Below are positions 50,222 through 59,172 of a stretch of DNA of 64,000 nt, piece after piece (position 1 is the first letter of the stretch; every line of letters starts with the position of its first letter). The stretch comes from an uncultured Pseudomonadota bacterium (lineage in GTDB: Bacteria; Pseudomonadota; Alphaproteobacteria; JACZXZ01): contig CAVVLJ010000021.1 of NCBI GenBank assembly GCA_963749075.1, forward strand, positions 672,001-736,000, written 5' to 3'. The position numbers and the translations under genes are program-made. The notes beneath the pieces were generated by a model. That model made no database searches. It was not told where the DNA came from and saw nothing but the letters and a program-made list of their open reading frames with translations.

Positions 50222-50402
50222 GGCGGGGAATGTAGGGCGGTTCGGGGGGAAGGGCAATGCGGGGGGGCCTGTGTGTTGTGCCAAGGACGGACATGTACGC
50301 ATCCGTGCCGAGTCACGATCAGCGACTGGAAACGAAACCGGTCGTTGGCCTCGCAAAGCGACTAGAGCCGCCGCCGCGCAGGAGCCCTGACGTGCCCACG
50401 GA

Positions 50403-52862
50403 TCACGGCTTGGCTAGAAGATTGAGGTTTAGCGCACCGCAACCGCATCGCAAGCCTTCCTTCTTCTCCCCTTGTTCGGGAACGACATAGAACATTTCTT
50501 GGCATGTGGAGCAGGTGAACGCCCCGGTGAAGCCTTTGAAGGCGGCCACCACTGGTTCGAAATCCGGCTTCTGTAGGTTCGCCCATGCGTTGAAATGGAC
50601 AGCTGTGTTTATCTGCCATTGCTCATGACCAGTCTTTGTCTTGGCGTCCGCAAAAGCCGCGTCGCGAGTCGCAATCGAACCGACGGCGTCCTTCTGGCCC
50701 CAAGAGTTCGCTGCGGCCTTTGCCCTCTTGAAGAGCTCGCCGAGCGCACGCGTTGCGCTGGGGAGAAGGTCGCCGAGGGTAAACTGGGCATCACCACGAA
50801 ACTCGACGTTGGCACGGAGGCGATCGCAGGTTTCCTTCGCGAAGTGTTCAAGATAGTGTCGTAGGAGGGCGGCTGCTGCGCGAATGTCATTCTTAGCGAG
50901 ATGGGCGTCCAATTCGGCCCAGACATCATGATCATTCCATTCGGTTGGCCCCATGTCGACGTTCCACGTCCTGAAGTGGGCGAAGCTGCGTCCCTTGATC
51001 AAGCCCTCCGACCTCATGTGCTTGAGCCAAATCTCGTCGTGGGTCGTGAAGATGAACTGCGTGCTCGGAAAGTGCTCCTTGAGAAGTGTGCAAACCTGCC
51101 GCCGATGTCCGGTGTCGACCGACATCAGCACGTCGTCCAAGACTGCAAGGGTGAAATTGTCTCCGAGCAGATAGCGCATCAGTGCCAGGTATAGACACAG
51201 ACCCATTCCATCTTGGTGTCCTTCGCTATGGTAGGCACCCGGCGGGAAGTGCCCGCGACCGTAAAAATCCACATCGAACCCCAGCTTGCCGATGGATGGC
51301 ATCAGCCTGGCTGTGAACGTGCTCTCGTCCTCATGGTTCATCTCGCGGTAAAATTCCGAGAAGGTCGCTTCGACATCCTTGTAGATGCCTTCAAGAGCCT
51401 TTGTGGTAACCTGAGCGTATAGATCGAAGACCTTTGATGCGCGTTCGGCGCGCAACTTGCCGATGGCGACCTTCTGCCTGGCCCTACGGTATTGCTCGAG
51501 CCGCTCCTGAGCTACCACCAGAAATTCGCGTGCGGCGTCTTGCTTGGTCGGCTCTGGAATTGCGGCGACGCCGGCCGCCAGCGCCGTGATCGTCGTCGCG
51601 AGATCAGGTGCCTGGTGCGCCGCAAGCAACACGGCGCGAGTATCGTCGAGTGGCAACAGTTTTTGCAGTTGCGCGTAGCGGCCGGCCAGAATGGCCTTGA
51701 AGTCATTTAAGGCGGTGACCTCGACGGGCGGATTGAGCTGAGCGCCGTAGCCGATGACCGTTGCCAGCGCGCTTCCAACCGCATGAATAACATCCATCAA
51801 CGGACCGATCTGTGCTTCCAAGGCTCTTCGTTTTACGGTCACGGCCTCGAAGTGTTTCAGTTTTTCTGCTACGTGCTGTCGGAAAGCATCCGGTTCAAAA
51901 GGCGTGTCGCAGACCGGACAGACCTTGTCATCATAGAAATCGAGCGCGGACCGGAGCAATGCTTCGCGGGATACGGCGTCGAGGCTGTCAGCGTCCTTTG
52001 TGAGTTCGGCCGCTGCGGATGCAGCCGCGACGCATGTCTCTTTAAACGCTTCAGACCGCAGCTTCTCAAGGGCGTCCTTTAGCGTCGTCAAATCGCCCGT
52101 TGCTTGGACCTTTGGAACGCGAGCGGGTGCTGCGCCGGTGGAAGCGGTTGCCAAACCGTCCTTCACGGAGGTTGTCGCATCGAGCACTGTAAAAGCGGGT
52201 AGGCCCAAAAGCTCGCGCTTGGGGTTGACGGCCCCAAGGACGCTGGATTTGGACAATTGGGCGACACCGAGCGCGGCCAGGAGATGTGAAATGGCATCCA
52301 TTTCCGTGCGCTCCAGCGGCGGAAGCTCGCGGGCGCACGCATTAGAAATCTTTTGCAGGACCGTTCGCAGTTTTTCGATATCGTCAAGCCGTAGGAGAGC
52401 CTGCACCTCTTTAGAGCGTTGGCCTGGTTCGGACAGGACGTAACGGATCAACTCACGCCGGGACAAGACGAACTCGGGATGAAGCTTCACATTGTCGAAC
52501 GCGGCCTGGACGTCAACATCATTCGGCGTGATTGTCGGAACGCCCGCTGCTTTGACGGTCCGGTGAATGGTCGCCCTTTTTCCGCCCAGCGACGGGATGA
52601 CGACATCAAGAGTGACGAAGGATCGATCGGGCTTGTTCCGGCTGTCGACGTGCGGACCGTGTGCTTTTACCGAAAGTCCGCCCGTGCCGCTTCCGGACAG
52701 GCGAGAAATGCTCCCAGTCAGCCCAAACTCAATGGCGTCGACGATGCCGCTTTTGCCGGTTCCGTTCGGACCGCATGCGGCAAAGTTCTGGTCTTTGGTA
52801 TCCAGCGTGAGGTCGCGAATACCGCGAAACTCATGTATCCGCAGCTTCTCGATCCGGATCAT
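50403..52862 (-). CDS. Rad50/RloC-like ABC ATPase with zinc hook, HEPN-like C-terminal region and terminal Cys cluster
   Basis: Walker A GPNGTGKS; coiled coil with central CPVC; signature HSEGH; Walker B LAVLDD; FTTHD; tail LLRHYLE...INTAVH, then CSTC...CGC. Confidence 0.85.
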   Translation of the reverse strand: MIRIEKLRIHEFRGIRDLTLDTKDQNFAACGPNGTGKSGIVDAIEFGLTGSISRLSGSGTGGLSVKAHGPHVDSRNKPDRSFVTLDVVIPSLGGKRATIHRTVKAAGVPTITPNDVDVQAAFDNVKLHPEFVLSRRELIRYVLSEPGQRSKEVQALLRLDDIEKLRTVLQKISNACARELPPLERTEMDAISHLLAALGVAQLSKSSVLGAVNPKRELLGLPAFTVLDATTSVKDGLATASTGAAPARVPKVQATGDLTTLKDALEKLRSEAFKETCVAAASAAAELTKDADSLDAVSREALLRSALDFYDDKVCPVCDTPFEPDAFRQHVAEKLKHFEAVTVKRRALEAQIGPLMDVIHAVGSALATVIGYGAQLNPPVEVTALNDFKAILAGRYAQLQKLLPLDDTRAVLLAAHQAPDLATTITALAAGVAAIPEPTKQDAAREFLVVAQERLEQYRRARQKVAIGKLRAERASKVFDLYAQVTTKALEGIYKDVEATFSEFYREMNHEDESTFTARLMPSIGKLGFDVDFYGRGHFPPGAYHSEGHQDGMGLCLYLALMRYLLGDNFTLAVLDDVLMSVDTGHRRQVCTLLKEHFPSTQFIFTTHDEIWLKHMRSEGLIKGRSFAHFRTWNVDMGPTEWNDHDVWAELDAHLAKNDIRAAAALLRHYLEHFAKETCDRLRANVEFRGDAQFTLGDLLPSATRALGELFKRAKAAANSWGQKDAVGSIATRDAAFADAKTKTGHEQWQINTAVHFNAWANLQKPDFEPVVAAFKGFTGAFTCSTCQEMFYVVPEQGEKKEGLRCGCGALNLNLLAKP

Positions 52863-53068
52863 GCCGCGTCCGGAAATAATGCGGCCCGAATTGCCGGCTC
52901 AGCGAAGACGCCATCATCTAGGACCACCTCCCGTAACTTCGGGGCGATGTCTGCAAGCCCTTCCGTTTTCGCGAGCTCGTCGAAGAATTTGGAGAGCACA
53001 GCATGGGCAACGGTTGTCACCGGAGCGGAGCTTTCTTCGGATTCTGATGTCGGCTCGTTTTCCGTCAT
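52859..53068 (-). CDS. Small acidic hypothetical protein coupled to the ATPase
   Basis: AGGAGG RBS, 69 aa, ATGA overlap with the ATPase start. Confidence 0.8.
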   Translation of the reverse strand: MTENEPTSESEESSAPVTTVAHAVLSKFFDELAKTEGLADIAPKLREVVLDDGVFAEPAIRAALFPDAA

Positions 53069-53424
53069 GGCTTTCCTCCTACATGTATTATAAGTTGCGT
53101 GGAGTTGTTCGTCACGCGCGTATTTGGGGAACTACTGGAGCGGGAACCGGCAAGACGGAATTTGTGCGCATCGGCCGCAACAAAGATGGCGCGGTCCGGC
53201 AGGAATCCGGTCTGGCCGATAACCGGTGCGAATACGTCTCGTCGCGCCGCACGCAACAGCACTTTTTGGGCCGGGGACAGCAATGGTCGCTCCTGGCGAC
53301 TTACGGAGGGGCGTGATCGCGGAACGGGGTCCAGAGGGGGTTCGAGCCGGATCAGATCACGACGTTCGGCATCGTGAATTGCTACGTCAGCTAAGTGCCG
53401 ATAGACGCGTCCAAGGAGAAAACA

Positions 53425-53916
53425 ATGATTGAGGTATGTCATAATCTCTTTGTTGGCTCACAGGATGATGAGGTCAGCATTCGTGGCCAAACCGGCTGGT
53501 TCGTTGTTCACGCCTGCAAAGAGCCTTATCACCGGGAAGCGTTGGGTTACAGAGGTCAAGGTGCGCCGAAAGCTCATCCCGAATATCTCGTCGCCCGGCG
53601 CAAAGGTTGCGTGATTCTCAATCTTATCGACGCCGATGATGTCAAATTCATTCCGCCAGAATTAATCGATGCCGCGTTAAGCGACATTCATCAGAACATC
53701 GCATCAAGCAAGGTTCTGGTTCACTGCAACCAAGGCATGTCTCGATCACCGACGATTGCCTTTTTGTATTTGTTGAGATTCTCCGATTTGTTTGATGGGC
53801 AAGATCACCAAAAAGGTTTGCAGAACTTCAAAAGGCTCTATCCGGTCTATGTTCCGAAGCAGGGCATGGCCGATTATGTCAAACTAAACTGGCTCAGATA
53901 TGCGTCTAGAGAATAA
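53425..53916 (+). CDS. Dual-specificity phosphatase (CX5R) family protein
   Basis: AAGGAG RBS; NLFVGS; active-site loop VLVHCNQGMSRS. Confidence 0.9.
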   Translation: MIEVCHNLFVGSQDDEVSIRGQTGWFVVHACKEPYHREALGYRGQGAPKAHPEYLVARRKGCVILNLIDADDVKFIPPELIDAALSDIHQNIASSKVLVHCNQGMSRSPTIAFLYLLRFSDLFDGQDHQKGLQNFKRLYPVYVPKQGMADYVKLNWLRYASRE

Positions 53917-53926
53917 GTGCAGACCC

Positions 53927-54490
53927 TCACCCCGTACGACCGAATTGATAATCCACGCCCGTCATCCGAATTCGCCACTTCAGCATGTCAAGGCTAACGC
54001 CAAAGTGTTGGGCCGCCGTCGAATCAGTCATGCGATTGGCGCGCATCCAGAGCAAGGCAGGCCTGGGCAGTAACATTGTGCCACCAAGCCAATCCGCCTC
54101 TGCCTCCTGCGCTTCGTCGTAATTGCCATTGAGGAAATGGCCATCTGCTGTCCGGCCGGCCGTGGCTAATTCGTGGCCTAGCATGATGTGAGACAGCTCG
54201 TGCATGAGCACGCTGTTAATTCGAGCCGCGGCCAGCTTTGGATTGTAGACCACGAGATAGTGGTCGTCCTCGCGCAGGACGAATGCCGACCATTCGTCGC
54301 TGGCCACTTTGAGTAGATGGTTGCGGTCTTTATCCGGCCAGCCCGGAATTTCGGATGCCGACCAAATGGTGACCCCGAGGTGCACACCTAGACGCCTCGC
54401 GTCTAGTCGCGCGGCCAACTCGATGCCAAGTGTCTTTCTAATCTCCAGCGAGCGGCGTTCACACTGCGCTTTGAACCCGCGCCGAAGCAA
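53927..54490 (-). CDS. ImmA/IrrE-family metallopeptidase (CapP-like)
   Basis: HELSH zinc motif, QEAEADWLGGTMLLPR, C-terminal HTH (AQHFGVS). Confidence 0.9.
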   Translation of the reverse strand: MLRRGFKAQCERRSLEIRKTLGIELAARLDARRLGVHLGVTIWSASEIPGWPDKDRNHLLKVASDEWSAFVLREDDHYLVVYNPKLAAARINSVLMHELSHIMLGHELATAGRTADGHFLNGNYDEAQEAEADWLGGTMLLPRPALLWMRANRMTDSTAAQHFGVSLDMLKWRIRMTGVDYQFGRTG

Positions 54491-54492
54491 TC

Positions 54493-54852
54493 TCAGTGCC
54501 CTTCTGACCCGATCTTCTCGACAAATTTTTTGTGTGCCGCAATGATAAGACTCGCGAGGGACTTCGCCGTCTGGGCGCTGAAAGTACGGCCTTGCTTGAA
54601 GCCGATTTGAACCGCAGGCATTGACGGCGCCTTTACACCGTGGCTACCCGCTCCACCGATTACCAGCGCGGGGTCAATGTTCAGCCACGCGCAAACTTTG
54701 CCCAGCGTTCGACTGTCCGGAAGATGTCCGCGCTCGATTCGAGATAGGGTCGCGGGGCTAGTGCCAATTTCGTGCGCCGCCGCTCTGATGCCCATGCTCC
54801 CGCGCTTCTGGGCCACTTTTTGTCCCAATGCTTCAGGGGAAAGTTGTGCCAT
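54493..54852 (-). CDS. XRE-family HTH repressor (CapH/ImmR-like)
   Basis: IRAAAHEIGTSPATLSRIERGHLPD HTH; directly upstream of the IrrE gene. Confidence 0.9.
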   Translation of the reverse strand: MAQLSPEALGQKVAQKRGSMGIRAAAHEIGTSPATLSRIERGHLPDSRTLGKVCAWLNIDPALVIGGAGSHGVKAPSMPAVQIGFKQGRTFSAQTAKSLASLIIAAHKKFVEKIGSEGH

Positions 54853-54862
54853 GCCGTCTCCT

Positions 54863-54928
54863 GTCTCAGATTGGAAAAAACAGTTTCAATTGTGATACAA
54901 ATGCGCTAGTATGTCTTAAAGCTGAAAC
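54863..54928. promoter_or_regulatory. Three imperfect palindromic boxes (consensus GTYTCA-N4-TGAAAC) in the divergent promoter region
   Basis: GTCTCA-gatt-GGAAAA at 54863, GTTTCA-attg-TGATAC at 54883, GTCTTA-aagc-TGAAAC at 54913. Confidence 0.65.
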
Positions 54929-54997
54929 AGCCACATCGAATCACGGCGATTCGTGGCCGTCAAGCGGAAGTTGGCTCATTGAGAGGATCACGAGGCA

Positions 54998-55423
54998 ATG
55001 GCTGCTAAATCCTATGCCCTGACTTTCAAGGGGTACTACCTAGAGTCCGGTATTGGCGGGCTTCCGGCCGAGTCGGGAATCTATTGCGTGTATGCTTGCA
55101 CCTATGACGCAGCAAAAGATACGGTCAGTCTCCGCCGGCTGATTTACATCGGAGAATCCGATGACGTGCAAGACCGGGTGAAGAACCACGAGAAGTGGTC
55201 CGTTTGGCGCAGAGAGCTGAGGTCGGGCGAGGAACTTTGCTTCAGCTGCGCGCTCATCTCCGGGGAAGACGATCGGCAGCGCGCCGAGGCAGCGGAGATT
55301 TTCGAGCATAAGCCGCCCTGTAATACCGAATATAAACATGAGTTTCCGTTCGATCGAACTACGATCACGAATAGCGGCAAGGCTGCGCTGCTTCACAGCC
55401 ACTTCACGGTTGAGCGGACTTAA
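54998..55423 (+). CDS. Stand-alone GIY-YIG nuclease
   Basis: LPAESGIYCVY ... LIYIGES..VQDRVKNH ... AEAAEI ... PPCN: full GIY/YIG/R/E/N pattern. Confidence 0.88.
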   Translation: MAAKSYALTFKGYYLESGIGGLPAESGIYCVYACTYDAAKDTVSLRRLIYIGESDDVQDRVKNHEKWSVWRRELRSGEELCFSCALISGEDDRQRAEAAEIFEHKPPCNTEYKHEFPFDRTTITNSGKAALLHSHFTVERT

Positions 55424-55489
55424 GCCTGCGCGGCGATGTCCTAGACTGCGTGTGTGCGTTGTCGACGGTTGTAACCAGGAGGTGAGAAG

Positions 55490-55807
55490 ATGTCCGAGAG
55501 TGATACTCATAAGCGGGCGAAATCTCGTGCGGCCGGCGCTGGGGGTCAGACGGAGGTGCCGTTGACGGGTGGCCGCCGGCTGGACGCGTTGTCGGATGCC
55601 GGGCGCGCGACAGAGGTCGAGCGGAGCGGCAACATGAACAGTCTCAAGGCGGCTGCCCGGCGTCTTCGGGATGCACCCGGGAATCAGAGGGTGTTGCAGG
55701 TGCCTCAGCAAGACATGGACAAAGCTGCTGCGGCGATGAGGCAGATTGAAGTCGCCGGAACCGTGAAAAATTTGATCGGGACGAAGCGCCGCAGCATTCG
55801 GCCTTAA
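55490..55807 (+). CDS. Small basic hypothetical protein, possibly a minimal PD-(D/E)xK nuclease fold
   Basis: AGGAGG RBS; H..AK..., TEVPLTGGRRLDA, ATEVERSG spacing resembles E...(P)D...ExE. Confidence 0.65.
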   Translation: MSESDTHKRAKSRAAGAGGQTEVPLTGGRRLDALSDAGRATEVERSGNMNSLKAAARRLRDAPGNQRVLQVPQQDMDKAAAAMRQIEVAGTVKNLIGTKRRSIRP

Positions 55808-56118
55808 TTGCAATCGCCGAGCATGCGTCGGAGGCCTGTCGCTGCTGGAGAGGTTCCCTTTTTGCGGCTGAAAGCGCTGAACTTGCCGATCTCCGGGATT
55901 GGGATGATACTGCTTCGGGCCCGATGGCCCGCTGCGGATCATTGCCGCCCACCGACCCCATGAAACCGATATCCGGAGCCGTTACTCGAGTCATACGGCT
56001 ATAGTGCCAGCCACCAGCCTTGTTCGTTCACCTGCGTCGCGGCATGCCGCCCGCCCTCGCGCCCACCCACCCCCTCCCCGCTTGACGGCCCACCCCCTCT
56101 CCCGCCAACCTTCCCCCC

Positions 56119-56604
56119 ATGCCGCCGCGCAAGCTCTCCTACATGGCGACCGCCCTCGCCCGGGCCGAGGCCGCCGCCGCGCGCGGCGAGGTGCCGGTGG
56201 CGGCGCTCATCGTCGACGGCCGCGGCGAGATCGTGGCGGCGGCGGAGAACCGCATGCGCGAGGCGGGCGATCCCACGGCGCACGCCGAGATGCTCGCCAT
56301 CCGCGAGGCCTGCGCGCGGCTCGGCGAGGGGCGGCTCGGGGCGTGCGACATCTACGTCACCCTCGAGCCTTGCGCCATGTGCGCGGCTGCCATCTCGTTA
56401 GCGCGGCTACGCCGGCTCTACTTCGCGGCCTATGATGCCAAGGGCGGCGGCGTCGAGCATGGCGCGCGCGTCTTCGCGCAAGTGACCTGCCACCACCGGC
56501 CCGAGGTCTATGGCGGCATCGACGAGCGGCGCGCGGCGGCCCTTATGGCGCGTTTCTTCGCCGCGCTCCGCGCCGCCGCGGGCGGCACGCAAGAGGAAGG
56601 ATGA
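56119..56604 (+). CDS. tadA: tRNA-specific adenosine deaminase
   Basis: GEVPVAA, DPTAHAE, YVTLEPCAMC. Confidence 0.93.
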   Translation: MPPRKLSYMATALARAEAAAARGEVPVAALIVDGRGEIVAAAENRMREAGDPTAHAEMLAIREACARLGEGRLGACDIYVTLEPCAMCAAAISLARLRRLYFAAYDAKGGGVEHGARVFAQVTCHHRPEVYGGIDERRAAALMARFFAALRAAAGGTQEEG

Positions 56605-56608
56605 TGCC

Positions 56609-57073
56609 ATGAAGCAGCGCATCGATTACGCCAAGGCGGCGCCCAAGGCGGTTGCCGCCATGCGCGCACTCCAGGCCTACGTCGACGCGACCTCGCTCGA
56701 CCACCGCCTCGTCGAGCTCTTGAAGACGCGCGCCTCGCAGATCAACGGCTGCGCCTATTGCGTCGATCTCCACACGCGGACGCTGAGGAAGGCGGGCGAG
56801 AGCGAGGCGCGGCTCTATGCGCTTCCCGTGTGGCAGGAATCGCCCTTCTTCAGCGCGCGCGAGCGCGCAGCACTCGCCTGGTGCGAGGCGGTGACCAAGG
56901 TCGCGGACGGCCACGTGCCGGACGACGTCTTCGCGGAGGCGAGCGCCCACTTCTCCGAGGCCGAGCTCGTCGAGCTCACGCTCGCGATCGTGGCGATCAA
57001 CGGCTGGAACCGCATCGCGGTCTCCTTCCGCCAGCAGGCGGCCATGCCCGCGGCGGCGGCGGCGGCGGAGTAG
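56609..57073 (+). CDS. Carboxymuconolactone decarboxylase / AhpD-like protein
   Basis: [29 protein letters not shown]. Confidence 0.92.
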   Translation: MKQRIDYAKAAPKAVAAMRALQAYVDATSLDHRLVELLKTRASQINGCAYCVDLHTRTLRKAGESEARLYALPVWQESPFFSARERAALAWCEAVTKVADGHVPDDVFAEASAHFSEAELVELTLAIVAINGWNRIAVSFRQQAAMPAAAAAAE

Positions 57074-57101
57074 GCTCGGCAGCGGCAAGGAGGGCTCGAG
57101 G

Positions 57102-57500
<399 letters not shown>

Positions 57501-57540
57501 CGGCTGTCGCGCTGCGCGAGGGTGCCTCGGACTGAGCGCG

Positions 57541-57750
57541 GTGGGTCCTTCGAGACGCTCGCTCCCGCTCGCTCCTCAGGATGAGATAAAGTCTTTCTGC
57601 CACACACAATTTTTCCTCGTCCTGAGGAGCGCCCCGCGGGGCGTAGGCCCGCTCTCTTGCGTCACGCAAGAGAGGCGCGCTTAGCGCGCCGGGGGCGCGT
57701 CTCGAAGGACCACGGTGGCACTGCAAGCCTCCTCGATATCTGTGCATCTA
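57541..57750. repeat. Inverted copy of the 45834-45990 element, with an extra ~50-bp double hairpin inserted
   Basis: Matches the reverse complement of 45834-45990 including the spacer; insertion contains CTCTCTTGCG-TCA-CGCAAGAGAG and GGCGCGC-TTA-GCGCGCC. Confidence 0.8.
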
Positions 57751-59172
57751 CTAGCGCGAAAGCGGCAATGACGAACGAGGCGGCGGCACGCGCCCGAGGA
57801 GGCCCGCCGGCATGGCGCGGAGCTCGAGCGTGGCCACCGCCACGGCGAGGGAGGCGAGCCAGATCAAGCGGCTCTGGTAGCGCCCGACCGGCGTCGAGAA
57901 GACCCCGCAGATGGCGGCGTTGAGCAGGAGCCCCAGGAGGACGACGGCCAGGAGCTCGGCCGGCTCGCGCGCGCGGCGCCGCCAGCACCAGGCGAGCAGC
58001 ACTGCCAAGGCCGCGAGCGAGCCATAGGCGACCGGCGTATAGAGGCGATCGAGGGCCTCGGCCAAGGGCTTGATGCGGCCGTCCTCCTGGCCGGCGGCGA
58101 GATAGGCGGGCACCAGCTCCGGGGCGTATTTCTCGAGCATGTAGCGCGTGTGCCAGAAGGGGCCGGCGATCTCCTCGGCCGCGGCGAAGCGCACGAACTG
58201 CTCTGCCGCCGACGAGGCCGCGGCGGCGAGGTGCATGGCGGGATAGGCCGCGAGCGTCTCGAGCGTGATGTGCCGCGTCTCCTCGCGGTAGCCCTCCCAG
58301 CCGCCCAGTGCCGCGAAGGGGCTGTCGTCGTCCCAGATCCACTCGCGTGCGCTCTTGGGCAGGCTCGCGCGGTAGGCGCAGAGGCGGTACTCGGGCGTGG
58401 GGCAGCGCTCGTCGAGAAAGCGCGCGACGATGCCGCTCTCGACCAGCCGGCCGAAGAGGAAGGTCTCGCCACCGGGCGTGAAGCCGAGGTAGCGCGAGGC
58501 CATGAGGTTGGCGAGCGGCACGGCGAGGAGGGCTAATCCCAGCACGCCCGCCGCAAGCGCCAGGCCGCGGCGATCGGCGAGGCCGGGCCGGCGCAAGGAA
58601 GCCGCGGCGGCGGTCGCGAGCGCCAAGCCGATGGCCAGCGCCAGATGGGCCATGTGCACGGCCAATGCGGCGAAGAGCAGTGCCGCCGTGAGCGCCGTCT
58701 CCAAGCGGCTCAGCCGCGCGCCGCGAAAGGCGAGGAGATACCAGCCCAGCACCACGACCGGCGCGAAGGCGTCCGGCATCACCTTGGCGCTGACCCAGGC
58801 GACGCCGGTCAGCGCCGCGAGCGCCAGCGTCACCAGTGCCGAGAGGAGGGCGCTCCCGAGGCCGTGGCTCTTGAGCGTGAGATGGACGAGGTAGAGCAGC
58901 ATCGCCGCCTGGGCGGCGATCACCGGCCACAGGCTTCCGGGCGCGCCCAAGAGGGCGATGAAGAAGCCGTAGAAGGGGCCGCGGCCGGGCTCGAGCGCTC
59001 CCTCGAAGGCGCGCGCCAGATAGGCGCCGGTATCGTAGAAGGTGAGGGGAAAGCCGTTGACGAGGGCAGGGTAAAGGAGGGCGAGGAGGGCCGCGGCCGA
59101 GGCCGCGATGGCGGCGAGGCGCCGCGCCGGCAGCGCCTCGATGAGTCTGCGATCGGCGGGCCGGGGGCTCAC
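57751..59172 (-). CDS. Multi-pass membrane protein (possibly glycosyltransferase-C-like)
   Basis: GTG overlaps the bfr stop; many TMs; NGFPLTFYDTGAY, VMPDAF, RYQSRLIWL. Confidence 0.75.
   Translation of the reverse strand: MSPRPADRRLIEALPARRLAAIAASAAALLALLYPALVNGFPLTFYDTGAYLARAFEGALEPGRGPFYGFFIALLGAPGSLWPVIAAQAAMLLYLVHLTLKSHGLGSALLSALVTLALAALTGVAWVSAKVMPDAFAPVVVLGWYLLAFRGARLSRLETALTAALLFAALAVHMAHLALAIGLALATAAAASLRRPGLADRRGLALAAGVLGLALLAVPLANLMASRYLGFTPGGETFLFGRLVESGIVARFLDERCPTPEYRLCAYRASLPKSAREWIWDDDSPFAALGGWEGYREETRHITLETLAAYPAMHLAAAASSAAEQFVRFAAAEEIAGPFWHTRYMLEKYAPELVPAYLAAGQEDGRIKPLAEALDRLYTPVAYGSLAALAVLLAWCWRRRAREPAELLAVVLLGLLLNAAICGVFSTPVGRYQSRLIWLASLAVAVATLELRAMPAGLLGRVPPPRSSLPLSR

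Larger units (their letters stand above)
50300..56030. mobile_element. Lower-GC genomic islet (putative defence island); no integrase visible
   Basis: Abrupt rise in A/T content and codon usage shift versus the flanks (judged by eye); seven non-core genes between the C26 peptidase and tadA; boundaries approximate. Confidence 0.75.

Noticed and set aside
53065-53442. 125-aa minus-strand ORF as a third gene of the ATPase operon
   Set aside because: It overlaps the phosphatase start head-to-head and has no recognisable motif; the next gene has its own RBS and AT-rich upstream region.
50403-55807. Assigning the island to Lamassu, Wadjet, SbcCD, CBASS or PrrC/RM
   Set aside because: The required partners (LmuA effector, JetABD, SbcD, CD-NTase, hsd genes) are not visible in the window.
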